Source of the DNA: Intoshia linei
Taxonomy: Eukaryota > Animalia > Orthonectida
NCBI GenBank assembly: GCA_001642005.1
Contig: LWCA01000022.1
Span: forward strand, 14,599-78,598
Direction: 5' to 3'
DNA length: 64,000 nt
Positions 1 through 11,531 of this stretch are shown piece after piece. The notes beneath the pieces were generated by a model, which was given only the letters and a program-made list of their open reading frames with translations, ran no database searches and was not told where the DNA came from. The translations under genes were made by a program, and so were the position numbers. Every line of letters begins with the position of its first letter. Positions within the stretch are counted from its first letter, which is position 1.

Positions 1-249
1 ACCATTCTAAGTTTGTAAAAGGATCAATATTACAGTGAGGCTAACTAGCCTTTAGATATTTGGATAACTTCCATAAGTAGGTCTGAGTACAGAATGTTAA
101 CAATAAAAAGAGAAACACTAATGCTTTAGTGTTTTACAAACATGATAAATAAAAATACATATTCTTGACAAAAAAATAATTTAGGTAACTACTTATCTAG
201 AATTATAAAATATAAATAACCAAACTATTTTATGTGTTTATTGTGGATT

Positions 250-893
250 TATTTCTATATTTCCACAGGGCTATAGTTTCTTTGTTTCTATCGACTCTTC
301 GCTGTAACTCAGTTTTTTCGTCGTAGCTAGTATTCATTTCGATAATGTTTTTATCGATAATTGAGCAGAGGTTGTCTCGTTTCTATCTGCATATAAATTC
401 TTTCTCTATACGATTTTATAGAAATTGTATACAATTTCTACAAATAAAAGGGATTTTAACAGAATCCTTTAGAAGAAGGTCCGTACAAGATAAATGAAAC
501 CAATCTTCGCAAAGTTCACATTGAACAATTCCCTATACTGAATTTTGTGGGTTTGCGGCAATAACAATACGACTCTTCAAAACTAACATTTTCTATTTTG
601 CAAATATAGTCGTTTAAATAACGCGGCTTATTGCGTTGCCTTTTGGGGATATGTCTGGAACTACTACCTAACTGAGTACAGTCTTCATCAGAGTTATTAC
701 GTGATATCTCTAACTGAGAATTTAATGCATAGTCTACGGTATCTTCCGAATTGCTATGCTTTTGTTCATCCCACAGTCTAAATTTATTTTCACATTTACT
801 GACAATGGGTTTATTTTTCACGTAATTACGAGTATGGTGGGAATTATTTGGTACCGTTTTATTATAAACCTCAACCATGTGCAGCTGCAGCAT
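250..893 (-). pseudogene. Frameshifted PHD-finger protein remnant, probably inside a GLUT intron
   Basis: ORF 516..893 ends YCYCRKPTKFSIG. After a 1-nt frameshift near 531 it continues IVQCELCEDWFHLSCTDLLLKDSVKIPFICRNC, giving a complete C4HC3 PHD pattern. Broken coding-like frames continue to about 250. Confidence 0.65.
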
Positions 894-1499
894 GCATGCA
901 ACTGCCTACCTATTGATAAGTACTACCGTTACGAACCACATCATAAACAGGTATGCAGTTGCACAGGGTGTCCTAGATGTCTCTAGTGCAGGTTTTACGA
1001 TAAACAGCATTAACAATACAATTATGACCAGACCAATATTATTAGCCAGAGACAAAAATATAGTAAACGCTAGTATCAAAAGGATTATTAGTTTCTTGAA
1101 TACTACCTAATACGACAGCGACTTTATTGATCGTATAAGGCCGAGTATCAAGTATTTGATAACTGTGATGTCTGAAATGATTGATAATCTCAATGTTGCG
1201 TTGGCTGAAATTAGCAGTATTAATGATAATAACCTATCTATCAGGGAATTGGAGGTCATGATGAAAGACATCATTAAGATAGCTGAACAAAATGATGGTA
1301 ACCTGGATAGTATCATAGAAGATTATGAAACCAACGCTAAGACCTGGATCGCAACACATGTGGCGATTTCATTTTTTTGGAGTGATAAATGCTTAAAATC
1401 AAAAAAGGCCCACATGTAAAAAATTTTCTAATAAAAAAAAGACATCAAAAGTGGACACCTTATTGTACATGTTTGTACATACTTTATTGTCCGACCCCG

Positions 1500-2070
1500 C
1501 TTTGAGGCAAACCTCGGTGTGGGGAATACTCGGTTTTTGGGCACTTTTTCAGAATTATGTTAATTTTATAGTATTTATATCGATGCATAGCAATATATAT
1601 GACATTAATCCCGCTTCTGGGGTAAAAATGTTATAAATATAAAATATATAAGTATAATTCCTATAATGATGACATTAAATTGAAATTATATTTATTTACA
1701 TTGTTAAATATTTTACATTTATTTTCATATGTATTTATCATAATTATTTAATTTTTCATTCATGCATATATTTAATATCTGATAAATTATTAATTACTAT
1801 TCTAGATTAGAAAGTAACCATAATTCTAAAAATTAAGTATATAATTACAAAAATATTCATAATTTTGATTTAAGATTTTTATTAAATTTTGTATATCAGG
1901 TATTTACCTGAAAATATTACCCTAAACAGTGTTGGACTCTAATAGAAACAAATATAATATCATAATGTATTGCAATAGTTTAAATATTCAATAAAAAATT
2001 ATATAACTTACTAAAACCCTTGTTTTTGGGGCACTTTTCAAAAAATGGTGTCCCAATCCGAGGTCCGACT
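1500..2070. mobile_element. pogo/Tigger-like MITE fragment
   Basis: Right end ...CCAATCCGAGGTCCGACTG|TA is a CAGTC-type TIR plus TA. The subterminal motif TTTTTGG(G)GCACTTTT occurs at about 1535 and about 2025. The left end is not resolved. Confidence 0.45.
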
Positions 2071-2165
2071 GTACTATATATTATTAAATTATAAATGATA
2101 TTTTCACATTATAAAGACATGCACAATTTATTAATATGATTCCTTAGTAAACATTATAATTTTAG

Positions 2166-5100
2166 GAAAACCAGAAATGTGGATATATTCTCTATTTTTT
2201 AATTCTGTTTCATCACTCATCTGTTTTATTCTTATGATGTTTATACCTGAATCTCCGAGATATCTAATGATAACACAACAAAATATCATTAAAGCCAAAA
2301 CCGGTAACAATGTATTACTTGATAAATGAAATATTACTGGTACAGTAGTTTCTCGTTTATAAATACAAGAATATCTCGAATAAAGTTTATTCTATCTTTT
2401 TGAAAACTTCATATTAAATATTTATACTGAATTAATATCATATTTCTTAAAATTGTTTAAAAAAAATTAATTATTTGATTTATTTATTATATCGACAGTG
2501 AAAACTAAAATTAGCATTTAACGTTTAATTATTTTTATTAACATAAATTAAATTTAAGTATAATTAAATTTCATTTATATAACATTAAAAATGTTATATA
2601 CAAAACTGAATACTAAAAATAATAAATTAAATATTCTACACTGAATGTTGATAAGAATTATAACAATAAAAATGTTGAGAATAAGATTAAAATTTAATTA
2701 ATATTAATTAATTTACATTTAAGACTACATAATATTATTATTTATTTCCTATTTCCATTGAAAACAGAAACATTAATTTTATGTTTTTAATTTTTTGTTT
2801 TGTGAACGAAATTGGAAAATTCATCAAATTTAGTATAAAATTAAAGTACTTACTGAGTTTCTAAAAAAATTAAGTTGAACACACTAGTGTACAAGTGTAT
2901 TTTATGAGAAACTGTCAATCAATTCAAAAATTATTATAAAATTTAAAAAACTGCTCTAAAATATACAATAAAAATAATAAAATATACAAATATTATTTAT
3001 AGCTTTGGAATTTTTCCGAAAAAGCTATGACGTGGAAGATGAATTATATGAAATGTCGAATGAAAGCGAAGTTTTGTTTAAACATAGTATCAGCATAACA
3101 ACAATCATAAAACATCGAGTATTATTAATACCATTAATAATATCAATTTGTCTACAATTTATGAAGCAAATGAGCGGAATCAACATGGTAATTAATTGAC
3201 AGTTTTTATTGCGACACGGCAATAATGGTAAATAATATACAACTAATAAATGATATACTTATTATTATTTTAGATATTTTTCTATTCCTACCAATTATAT
3301 AAAAATTCTTTCGCTGAAAAGTATATTCAATACATTATCTTGACAACTAATGTCATCACTACAATTGGTATTATACCAGCGGTAATATGTTTTAATATTA
3401 ACTATATGTATAATAATAATAAATTATAATATAATAACATAATGTATTACAATTATAATAATTATTTACTTATTCATTAATATATGCGTAAAGTTTGATT
3501 CAATAATGATATTTCAAAAAAAATGTTATCATTCGAAAACAAAATACAACGTCTGTATTCTTACAAGTATTGTTTTCTGTTTTTTATTCTTAATTGATAA
3601 CTTTTTAATTAATTAAATTCCCCTAAATTTTTTTTGATAAAAAAATAATTTATTTATATTTTTAACATTTTTATGTGTCAAAATGCTTTCTGCAAAGATC
3701 ATCGTTTTTATAATACAAAAAATATACTATTAAAGTTTTCAATTCTTGTAAATTCTTTCGTTGGGCACAAGTTATTTTCGTTTTAATAATTATCATTATT
3801 ATTATAATATACAAAAAATTTTCAATAGTTTTGTTATTCGGTGATTGCGACGGGCAAAACAAAACTTCAATGAAATAGTGCAGAAAACATGTTATGCGAG
3901 TTTTTATATATTCCTGGGATGTATGTTTCTAGGCCAAAAGTTACAAATATATTAATAAAAGAATAACTAATTATTTACCACATTGTACAGTATACGCCGG
4001 AAACGTGACCACTTTTCTAAACGATATAATAAAATTATAATAGTATAAATTAATTTCACTTCTATCAAATAACCCATAAAAATACCAATATGAAAGAAAC
4101 TACCGTATGCGTCACCTTTCAGCCAAGGCTATACGAAATTATTACAAAATAGGGTTCTCATTTTTAGATTCGCTTTCCAATCGATCACAAACGCATTTAC
4201 CATTTAAATTATTTATATATTACATATAAATAACATGTATATATGTGTAGATATTCCTGACTGATAAATATGGGCGTAGACCAATGATCTTGTATTCTGT
4301 TACTGGAATGATTATAGCCATGATTTGTATATATACATTAAATACACAAATTGTTATAAATACTGACAATATCGATGTAATTTTTATTCTTTGTTATTGC
4401 TTGAAAATTTAAAGTTTAATTTCATAAACAATGTTCTGTAAAAGACGCGTATAGTCATCGAATTGGGACTGAGTAGTTTTGATGACTATAAGTGGTTTTT
4501 TAAGTGTATTTAAATGAAATACTTGATGAAAATTATCGACACGTAAAATCTTTACTTTCAATTACAAAAAGTAAAGAGCTGCTCAAAATGTCTGTAATAG
4601 CCCTGGAAATTTAACGAAATATTTTGATAGAACAAAAATTAAAAATCTAAAAATCTAAATTATAATAATTTACTATGCACTGTGCTTACATACAGAAGAT
4701 TAAATTGTTTTAAGGTAAAATTTCAAAATCACCAAATCTTTAACAATATCAGGTGACCGGTTAGCTATTTTCTTCGTTATAAATGACCAGTTATTGTGAA
4801 CGATCCTAGAAATGATTCAAAAATGAAGGTTTATTGTTAGCAGTGTAAAGGAAATGGTATCGTTTGTTCTACGTCGGTGGTTCCCTATTCAAATAGTGTA
4901 CGGATCCCCATTTCAAAATCATAAATATTTTATATTTCATGTTTTCTTTAAGGTATAAAAATAAAAAATAATCCAAAAAAATAAAGATTTTTTGAAGGTA
5001 GAAAAATTTGTAACCTTTGGGGCGCTGAATTAAATTTGGTATTTTATTATTAAAATTTCTATTTTTTAATGACTTATACTTTGAATAACTATTACAATTG

Positions 5101-7764
5101 TAAATTTTTTTCAACATTATGTGCTCGCTGAGCACTACCCATGTTGAATATCTCATGTACCATTATACTGACAATTAGTTTATTTTAAAGTTGTAGACAA
5201 TGCGTGGATTTCTGGGATTGAAATTTTGTATTTATATCAACTGGAATAACCTCTATCAAAATAATTTTTTTTTTTTAATTTTCGGACCGTTAATTATTTC
5301 ACATTATTTGTTTAAATATAATATTTCGAGAAAAAAATATATGAATACTAAAATGTTTTTTTGACCGTGAAGGCTCACTTATTTAGATTAAATTTTTTGT
5401 GTGTATTAACAGGATACAACTGTATCATCTGTAATTTTTTGATGTTCTAGGGCTGTTTTCATTTAAAAAAACAACTAATCTGGGGTTTTGACATTGAAGA
5501 TATATTTTTTTAAATTCTTGAACTCGTTTGATTATCAAAAAAAGAATAATTGGGCTTTTTGATCTGTAAGATGTGAATTTGGGAGGTTGCAATTGATCTT
5601 ACCAACACCCGGAAAAAAACTGTAATAGAAATGTGTACTTTATAAAATTATAAGACTGGTAGTTATTGAAATAAACGATAACACACACACACACCACACA
5701 CAGATAAACAAAGCATATTATATAAGTAAGGATAATATAATAAAACCTAATAAATAATAATATTTATAGGATTACAAATAAATTTCAATGAATACATTCG
5801 TCCAAATTTTTTATTGAAAACGTTTTAGCAGAACCGCATCTATCTTATCCGAGACCTCTTTCTTGACATTTAATAATGCCTAAAAGTGACTTAAAATGTT
5901 TAAAACCCATTTTATCGTATTCTAAATTGATTATTTTACAAATATTGATTTTATTATCTAAATCTTGTCCTAGGTATAACATAAACAATATAAGGTACAA
6001 CAAAACATTTATTAAGATGCGCCCCGCCCGAGCGCAGCATAAAAGCACATCATAAGATATACTATAACTTTATTATATGTATCGCTTAATACATATTTTA
6101 GATTTTAAATCGAAATCATATACTATCAATATGTGGAATAGTATTTCTAGTAATATATTTAATTCTGTTTGAAATTGGATTAGGTATATACTCTATTTTT
6201 AATTAGTTAAACATGTACATTGTACAAGTTTTGATTCTTCGTGTTAAACTTTAACCCATCAAATATAAATAATATTACAAAATATTTATGAATGCATAAT
6301 TAATATAAAACATCTTTTTTAACTAAAATGTAAAATGAGTTATCATAGAGGTGTGATGTAGGGATGGGTTATTCATATCATTAACGGTAACTGTAAATAT
6401 AGCAACAATTACGCGACATACGACTACAGTTATTTCTTTAAGTTAGGTAAGTTCCTGTCAATAATCTCGATGCAACGGTTACATTTTAGTTTATGTGCAC
6501 ATTTAATTGATATTCGAGACCTAAATTTTGTTATAAATATATAAATAAGGTATAAGAAACATCTTCGAGCATTCATATTAGTGAAATGATATAAAATTAT
6601 ACGATGATTTCAAGACATTGCTTATAATTGGAGTAATTTCATAACATGACACATTTTTATTTTGAAACATCTATTGGTGACAAATGAGCTATTATGTTGC
6701 TACATTACTATGTTGAGGTTCCATGCGATATTTAGAGATTTAAATTGTAAAACGGATTTTTGTAAAATATGAAATTGTAAACATATTATTAGTCGTATTA
6801 TAATATTATTATAGGACATATTTACATTTACCGGATTTATATTTCAATATCAATTTATATTATAAATTATATTTTATTTTACATTCATTTAATTTAATTT
6901 TTATAAAAATGTTGATTCATTTTAGGATCTTTATCATGGGTAATTGTAAACGAATTATTTTTACAAGATGCCAGGTCAATAGCAGTCAGTATAGTTGCGT
7001 TTTTCAATTTAATCTTTACAATGATGATTGCGATTATTGTTCCATCGATTTTAGTAAGTATTTTAAAATATTCCATTGTGATTACATTTTTAAAACTGTA
7101 TAATGTTCAGTAAAAAATTTTGTAATACTTTATCACTTTCTAAAAGTAACTTTTTCAAAGTAAATTTTTTTTGGCTTGTATTTATAGCGTCAGTATTTTA
7201 ATCCGTAAAGTGTTAGTATTTTAAATAGTTTGTCAGTAAAAATATTAAATTGTCAGTATTTAAATTGGCAGGGCAGTAAAAAAATATTTTGTCAGGTCTT
7301 TAAATATAATTTCAGTATATTCTTGACTATACAGTATATACTGACAAATATGTGATTGAATACTGACAAAATAATTTTATTACTGACATTTTAATATTTA
7401 TACTGACAATTTTTGTTGAAAATACTGAAAATCTTTTATTAAAAATACTTCCCATTTTTTTTTTTTGAAGTCAAATTTTTTAAAAAATCGGTAAAAAGTA
7501 TTATTTTTAAGTAATTTTTATTTATTAGTAAAAATTTTTAGATATAATTTCGCTACTAATTTAGTCGATAAAACTGAAAATTAGAAATGTATATGTTTAA
7601 TTTAGAAACAAATCCATCAACAAATATTCCTTATTTTTATTGTTCTTAGTATATTATGTAATGCCATAGCAGTAAAGTATTTACCTGAAACGAGAAAGCA
7701 ATCATTTAAACAAATTTCAAAATATTTTAAAAAGACAAAAAAAACAAAAATTCATTGTGTATAA
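2166..7764 (+). CDS. Facilitative sugar transporter (GLUT/SLC2A family, MFS), 3' part; 5' exons lie upstream of the window
   Basis: Phase-consistent GT-AG exons 2166-2303, 3003-3187, 3274-3381, 4251-4376, 6102-6183, 6926-7053, 7606-7764. They give sugar-porter motifs PESPRYL, KQMSGIN, DKYGRR, FEIGLGSLSW..NELF....R and LPET. Confidence 0.93.
5200..5732 (-). mobile_element. Non-autonomous Helitron family copy (5' portion)
   Basis: Minus strand starts A|TCCTTACTTATATAATATGC followed by a (TG)n tract. The body matches copies at 27.6, 33.2, 37.4, 43.9 and 54.2 kb (e.g. TTAACAGGATACAACTGTA; TAAGATGTGA.TTTGGGAGGTTG). Confidence 0.75.
7107..7500. repeat. Foldback-type palindromic element with modular subrepeats
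   Basis: The left arm carries repeated (T)GTCAGTA motifs at 7189-7317. The right arm carries the reverse complement TACTGACA at 7339-7430. The symmetry centre is near 7325. Boundaries are approximate. Confidence 0.6.
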
Positions 7765-8883
7765 ATTTATTGTATTAATTTTCCATTGGATAAATAAATA
7801 TATTAGATTTTAATTTACTTAACTTCCATGACACGATCATTTTGGGATTAATTTATCACTACAATTTTTTATTTACAGATTTTTTGTTCTTGATTAAAGT
7901 TTCATAAAAATAAAGACGTCCTTAATAATGAGTTACATTTTCCATAAAATTTCTAATGCAGGAACCTAGTATTGATATTGCATTATAACAATATTATATC
8001 TAAGGATAATAGCACGGTAAGCCGAATTTAGCGTATATTAAACGAATACAGTTGTATTTAGTACAGCTGGTACCAGCCCTGATTATGATTTTAAAAAATA
8101 TCCCAGAATTTATGTTTTATAAAATTTTATAACTTTTTTTATTTTTAATACAAATGGTGATTTAAAGTCATAATCGTGAAAATGTATATTTCTGGAGCTG
8201 AGATTTACGCCAATGTTAATGATTTGATAACGTGTCCCAAAATACATGTCTGTTTACATTTTATGGTTGATTTTACTTTAAAAAAAAAACCAACTCGGTT
8301 TTTGACTTTGACTCCCGACAATAGCTTGCAGTTTTACGAAAAATAAATGTGGTTACAAAATAAAATCAACAAATTATTTTTTTAAGTGAATTAATAATAA
8401 AACAAAACAACTATATCGAAAGTGAAAATATCAGTGTAAAAAAAAATAATTAAAAAATACATAATTACAGAACTGAGTACAGTGATAAAACGTCAATTAA
8501 TTGTAGAGTTATAATTGTACCATAATTATATATACAGAAAGAATATTTATGAAAGATAAAGAAATATAAAATTTAAATTGGATCAATGTTTATTATTTTA
8601 GGTTTATTGTTAGGTTTATTATAATTTTAAAATTTATTGAAATAAATTAACAAAGTTGTTGTTGATATGACATTTAATGTTGCTATTATGTTAATTTTAT
8701 TTTTTAGTAAAATGCTTTTTTATCTTTATTTCTAACATAATATTCTAATTTTAATAATTAACTTTAATTAACTATACATTTTGTGTAGGAACAACTATAA
8801 AACGTATCAAATTATTTTAATATTTAAAAAATGAAATGTATATGCAAAATATAGTTTATAAGGTTGAAATGCTATATACAATT

Positions 8884-9071
8884 ATCGCTTCTCGAGCTTT
8901 TGGCTCGGATCAAAAAGTGTAGTATCTGTTCTTACAAGCGTAATTTCTTGTACGCTACCCACGTGGTAGCACAGAAGTTATCTCTATTTTTAGCATTTGG
9001 TGATTGTTTCTTGCTTGCAAGGTCTTCACCACGGGTTGTTATGTCCTTGCACTAATGACGTGTACAGCCCA
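8884..9071 (+). ncRNA. U2: U2 spliceosomal snRNA (variant sequence, intact structure)
   Basis: 5' ATCGCTTCTCG; GTGTAGTATCTGTTCTTA with branch-recognition GTAGTA at 8919-8924; stem IIa TACAAG/CTTGTA; stem IIb GCTACC/GGTAGC; IIc pairing TAATTTCT/AGAAGTTA; Sm site ATTTTTAG 8986-8993; stem III TGGTGA/TCACCA; stem IV GGGTTGT/ACAGCCC with TTGCAC loop; about 188 nt. Confidence 0.96.
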
Positions 9072-9939
9072 ATAATTAATTAAAATAGATTTTGTAAAGT
9101 AAAATATGAATGCTATATTTTTCAATTTAATGGTTTTCTAACTAACTGTTGTTTTTAATTTTACATAAGTATACACTCTTTTTAATACAATACATATTAT
9201 TATTAAAAAATTTATGTTTTCATATTAGAAGCGTAATTTTTCAATTAAAAATCAAATTGTTTTATATATGCAAAATGAGATAAAAAATTTTAATCATGCT
9301 TTTAGGTGCCGCAATTTTTTGAAATTTTATAAAGGTTCTGCGCCATAAAAAAAGTTGAGAAACACTGGATTAACCCTTTTAAATGACTGAATAAAAATTT
9401 AAAATTTGCTAAATTTTGACTAAAAATTGCTTTTTCTTATGAAATTTTCTTTTTTGATAACATTGACTTTTTCAATAAAATATTTAATGTATCCATTTGA
9501 AAATTTCTCAGTTAGTTAATTCAAATGATATACGTATTAATACGTATTAAACGATAAACGATAATTCAATAAATACGAATGGAATTCAATATTTTAATAT
9601 TTCTGGGTCGTTTTAATGTTAAAAATTAATATTATTTAAATTTATCTAAATTTATAAAAAATTTAAAAAAATTTCGAATATTAAAATGATTGTCATTATT
9701 TAAAAGTTTACAAAAATTGTCCGAAATATTTTCATATTTTTTTAAATCAAACGGAATAATAACAATCATTGAACCTGTAGTGAAAAATCATTTTCAACAT
9801 TAATTAATTTTATTAAATTAACTATTATAGTTGAAATATGTTTTTTTTTAATATTATATAATTTTTTTAAAAATGACGAAGTTTGTTTGTGAACTGTGTC
9901 AAAAATAAAGATTTTTTATTAATATTAGTGTCACAGGAT

Positions 9940-10919
9940 CTGTTATATCTTGAAATTATAATAAATGCACTAGTCTATCGGATATAATAGATATGCACGT
10001 TTTTTAAAACATTGGTTTTTTTATTCAATTTTTGGTTCATAAATTGGTACAGTTTTTAAAAAGGTATCCTTTTAATTCAAAATGTTGATTAAATCCCCGA
10101 AATAATTAATCAAAATTATTATCGCATAAAGTTTGCCGTTAATTAAGGACGAATTAAACTTGATTACGTATATTATGACGAAATAAACTACATTGTTCAG
10201 ATATTTCTTAAAATATTCATTAAATCACCAAATTGTTTAATAATGAATGTGCCAAAAATCCGACATTTAACGTTCAATATTTACAAGTCTGACTGTATTT
10301 ATAGCATTGTCTGCAACGCAGCAAAGAACTTTAGCCCCACAATTCTGTAGTTCCAGTATTATTCTATTCAAATGCTCATACAATTTGTCACCACTCTGTT
10401 CTTCCATTTCGACGCTACTCCAATAAAATACTTTTTTGTTGGTATATAACATGACAAATGTCTGACTGAGTTGACTGGGTTATTCCACAAATCAAGCATT
10501 ATGGATATTAGCTCAGATTTAAAGTATGGTTGCATATTTAATTTAATTTTTAAGAATAAAGTTTTAATTCTTTTAGATATTATAAATCTTGATTTGCAAT
10601 GCACACAATAAGCTCACTGAAAAATAGGGTCTTCTACAATGTTGAACGGCAAAACGTGATTGCAACAACACGTTGCAATTAAGTAATAGACTTGTCTGTC
10701 TATATAAGGCAAACTTGGAAATTTTTCATCTTTCTTAATTGCTAAAATACTCGTTATTTTTGGCGTGCCAGAAACATTGTCCAAGTCACCATGCATTTTT
10801 AAATGATTCCTCAATGACGCCATGTGTGAATGAGAATTTATGTATTAGATTCTTTTTGAGCATACTAAACATTGCATGTAATTAACTTCGTCTTTTTTAA
10901 AGTGTTTTAGTGAATTCAT
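9940..10919 (-). pseudogene. Degraded BED zinc-finger hAT transposase
   Basis: Joined broken frames give BED-like CLVC...LRNHLKMH, LPFNIVEDPIF, first catalytic D in ISIMLDLW and second in CCVADNA. There are several stops and frameshifts. The 3' limit is approximate. Confidence 0.75.
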
Positions 10920-11291
10920 GCTGTTGAACGATAATATAAAATGATAATAAGAGGTTTTATTCTAAATCAATTCAAATTGTGATTATACATCAAAATTTTA
11001 TAGTATTTAAAAAATTGATTAATTTTGCTGGTAATAAAACAGCTATGTTGGTATCATACTTGGTGATAAATATTGAATTGAAATAATTTATGTTAAAATA
11101 TATACTATAATTACGTAAAAATAAATAAGTTATATAAATAACAAAATTTGTAATATAAAATTTAGATTCATAACTTTATTTAGTATGTTAAAAGTACGTT
11201 ATTAGCACTGTGCCAATAACGTATTTTTTATAAAATAAACAACAAACGTACTTATGGTCGCACTATTTAAATAAAAATATCCCGACTAATT

Positions 11292-11359
11292 TTAACATCA
11301 GATACAGGGTTTCTAATCAGACGTCATATGTCCCTACCTGTGGTATCATCATTTGTTAA
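11292..11359 (-). ncRNA. Box C/D snoRNA, SNORD74/snR64-like (copy 2)
   Basis: Box C ATGATGA 11352-11346; guide AGGTAGGGACA complementary to LSU rRNA UGUCCCUACCU; D' ATGA; C'-like TGATTA; box D CTGA 11301-11298; terminal stem TTAACA/TGTTAA. Confidence 0.88.
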
Positions 11360-11366
11360 TTAAAAT

Positions 11367-11427
11367 AATCAGAAATTAGTTTTTATCATAATATTTCAAT
11401 GAGATTCCCAATAATTTCATCATAAAA
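11367..11427 (-). ncRNA. Box C/D snoRNA, SNORD79-like
   Basis: Box C ATGATGA 11423-11417; guide TGGGAATCTC (11410-11401) complementary to LSU rRNA GAGAUUCCCA; D' TTGA; C' ATGATAA; box D CTGA 11372-11369. Confidence 0.86.
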
Positions 11428-11456
11428 AAGTACGTAAAACTCATCGAAAGTATTAA

Positions 11457-11529
11457 TTTTGAAATCAGATACAGGGTTTCTAATCAGACGTCATATGTCC
11501 CTACCTGTGGTATCATCATTTAATCAAAA
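11457..11529 (-). ncRNA. Box C/D snoRNA, SNORD74/snR64-like (copy 1)
   Basis: 11464-11521 is identical over 58 bp to 11297-11354. Box C 11519-11513, box D 11468-11465. It has a different flanking stem, TTTTGA/TCAAAA. Confidence 0.88.
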
Positions 11530-11531
11530 CT

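Noticed and set aside
5845-6048. Minus-strand 67-aa ORF in a GLUT intron
   Set aside because: It has no recognisable motif or consistent exon chain, so a gene cannot be supported.
8864-9055. 63-aa ORF in the track
   Set aside because: It coincides with the U2 snRNA and is a chance ORF.
8884-9071. U2 as a decayed pseudogene
   Set aside because: It is full length and its substitutions preserve every stem, which random decay would not do. Expression is still unproven.
11297-11521. 58-bp direct repeat read as a CRISPR-like array or LTR pair
   Set aside because: There are only two copies in a eukaryotic context with no cas genes and no TG..CA ends. The repeat and its spacer are explained by C/D boxes and rRNA-complementary guides.
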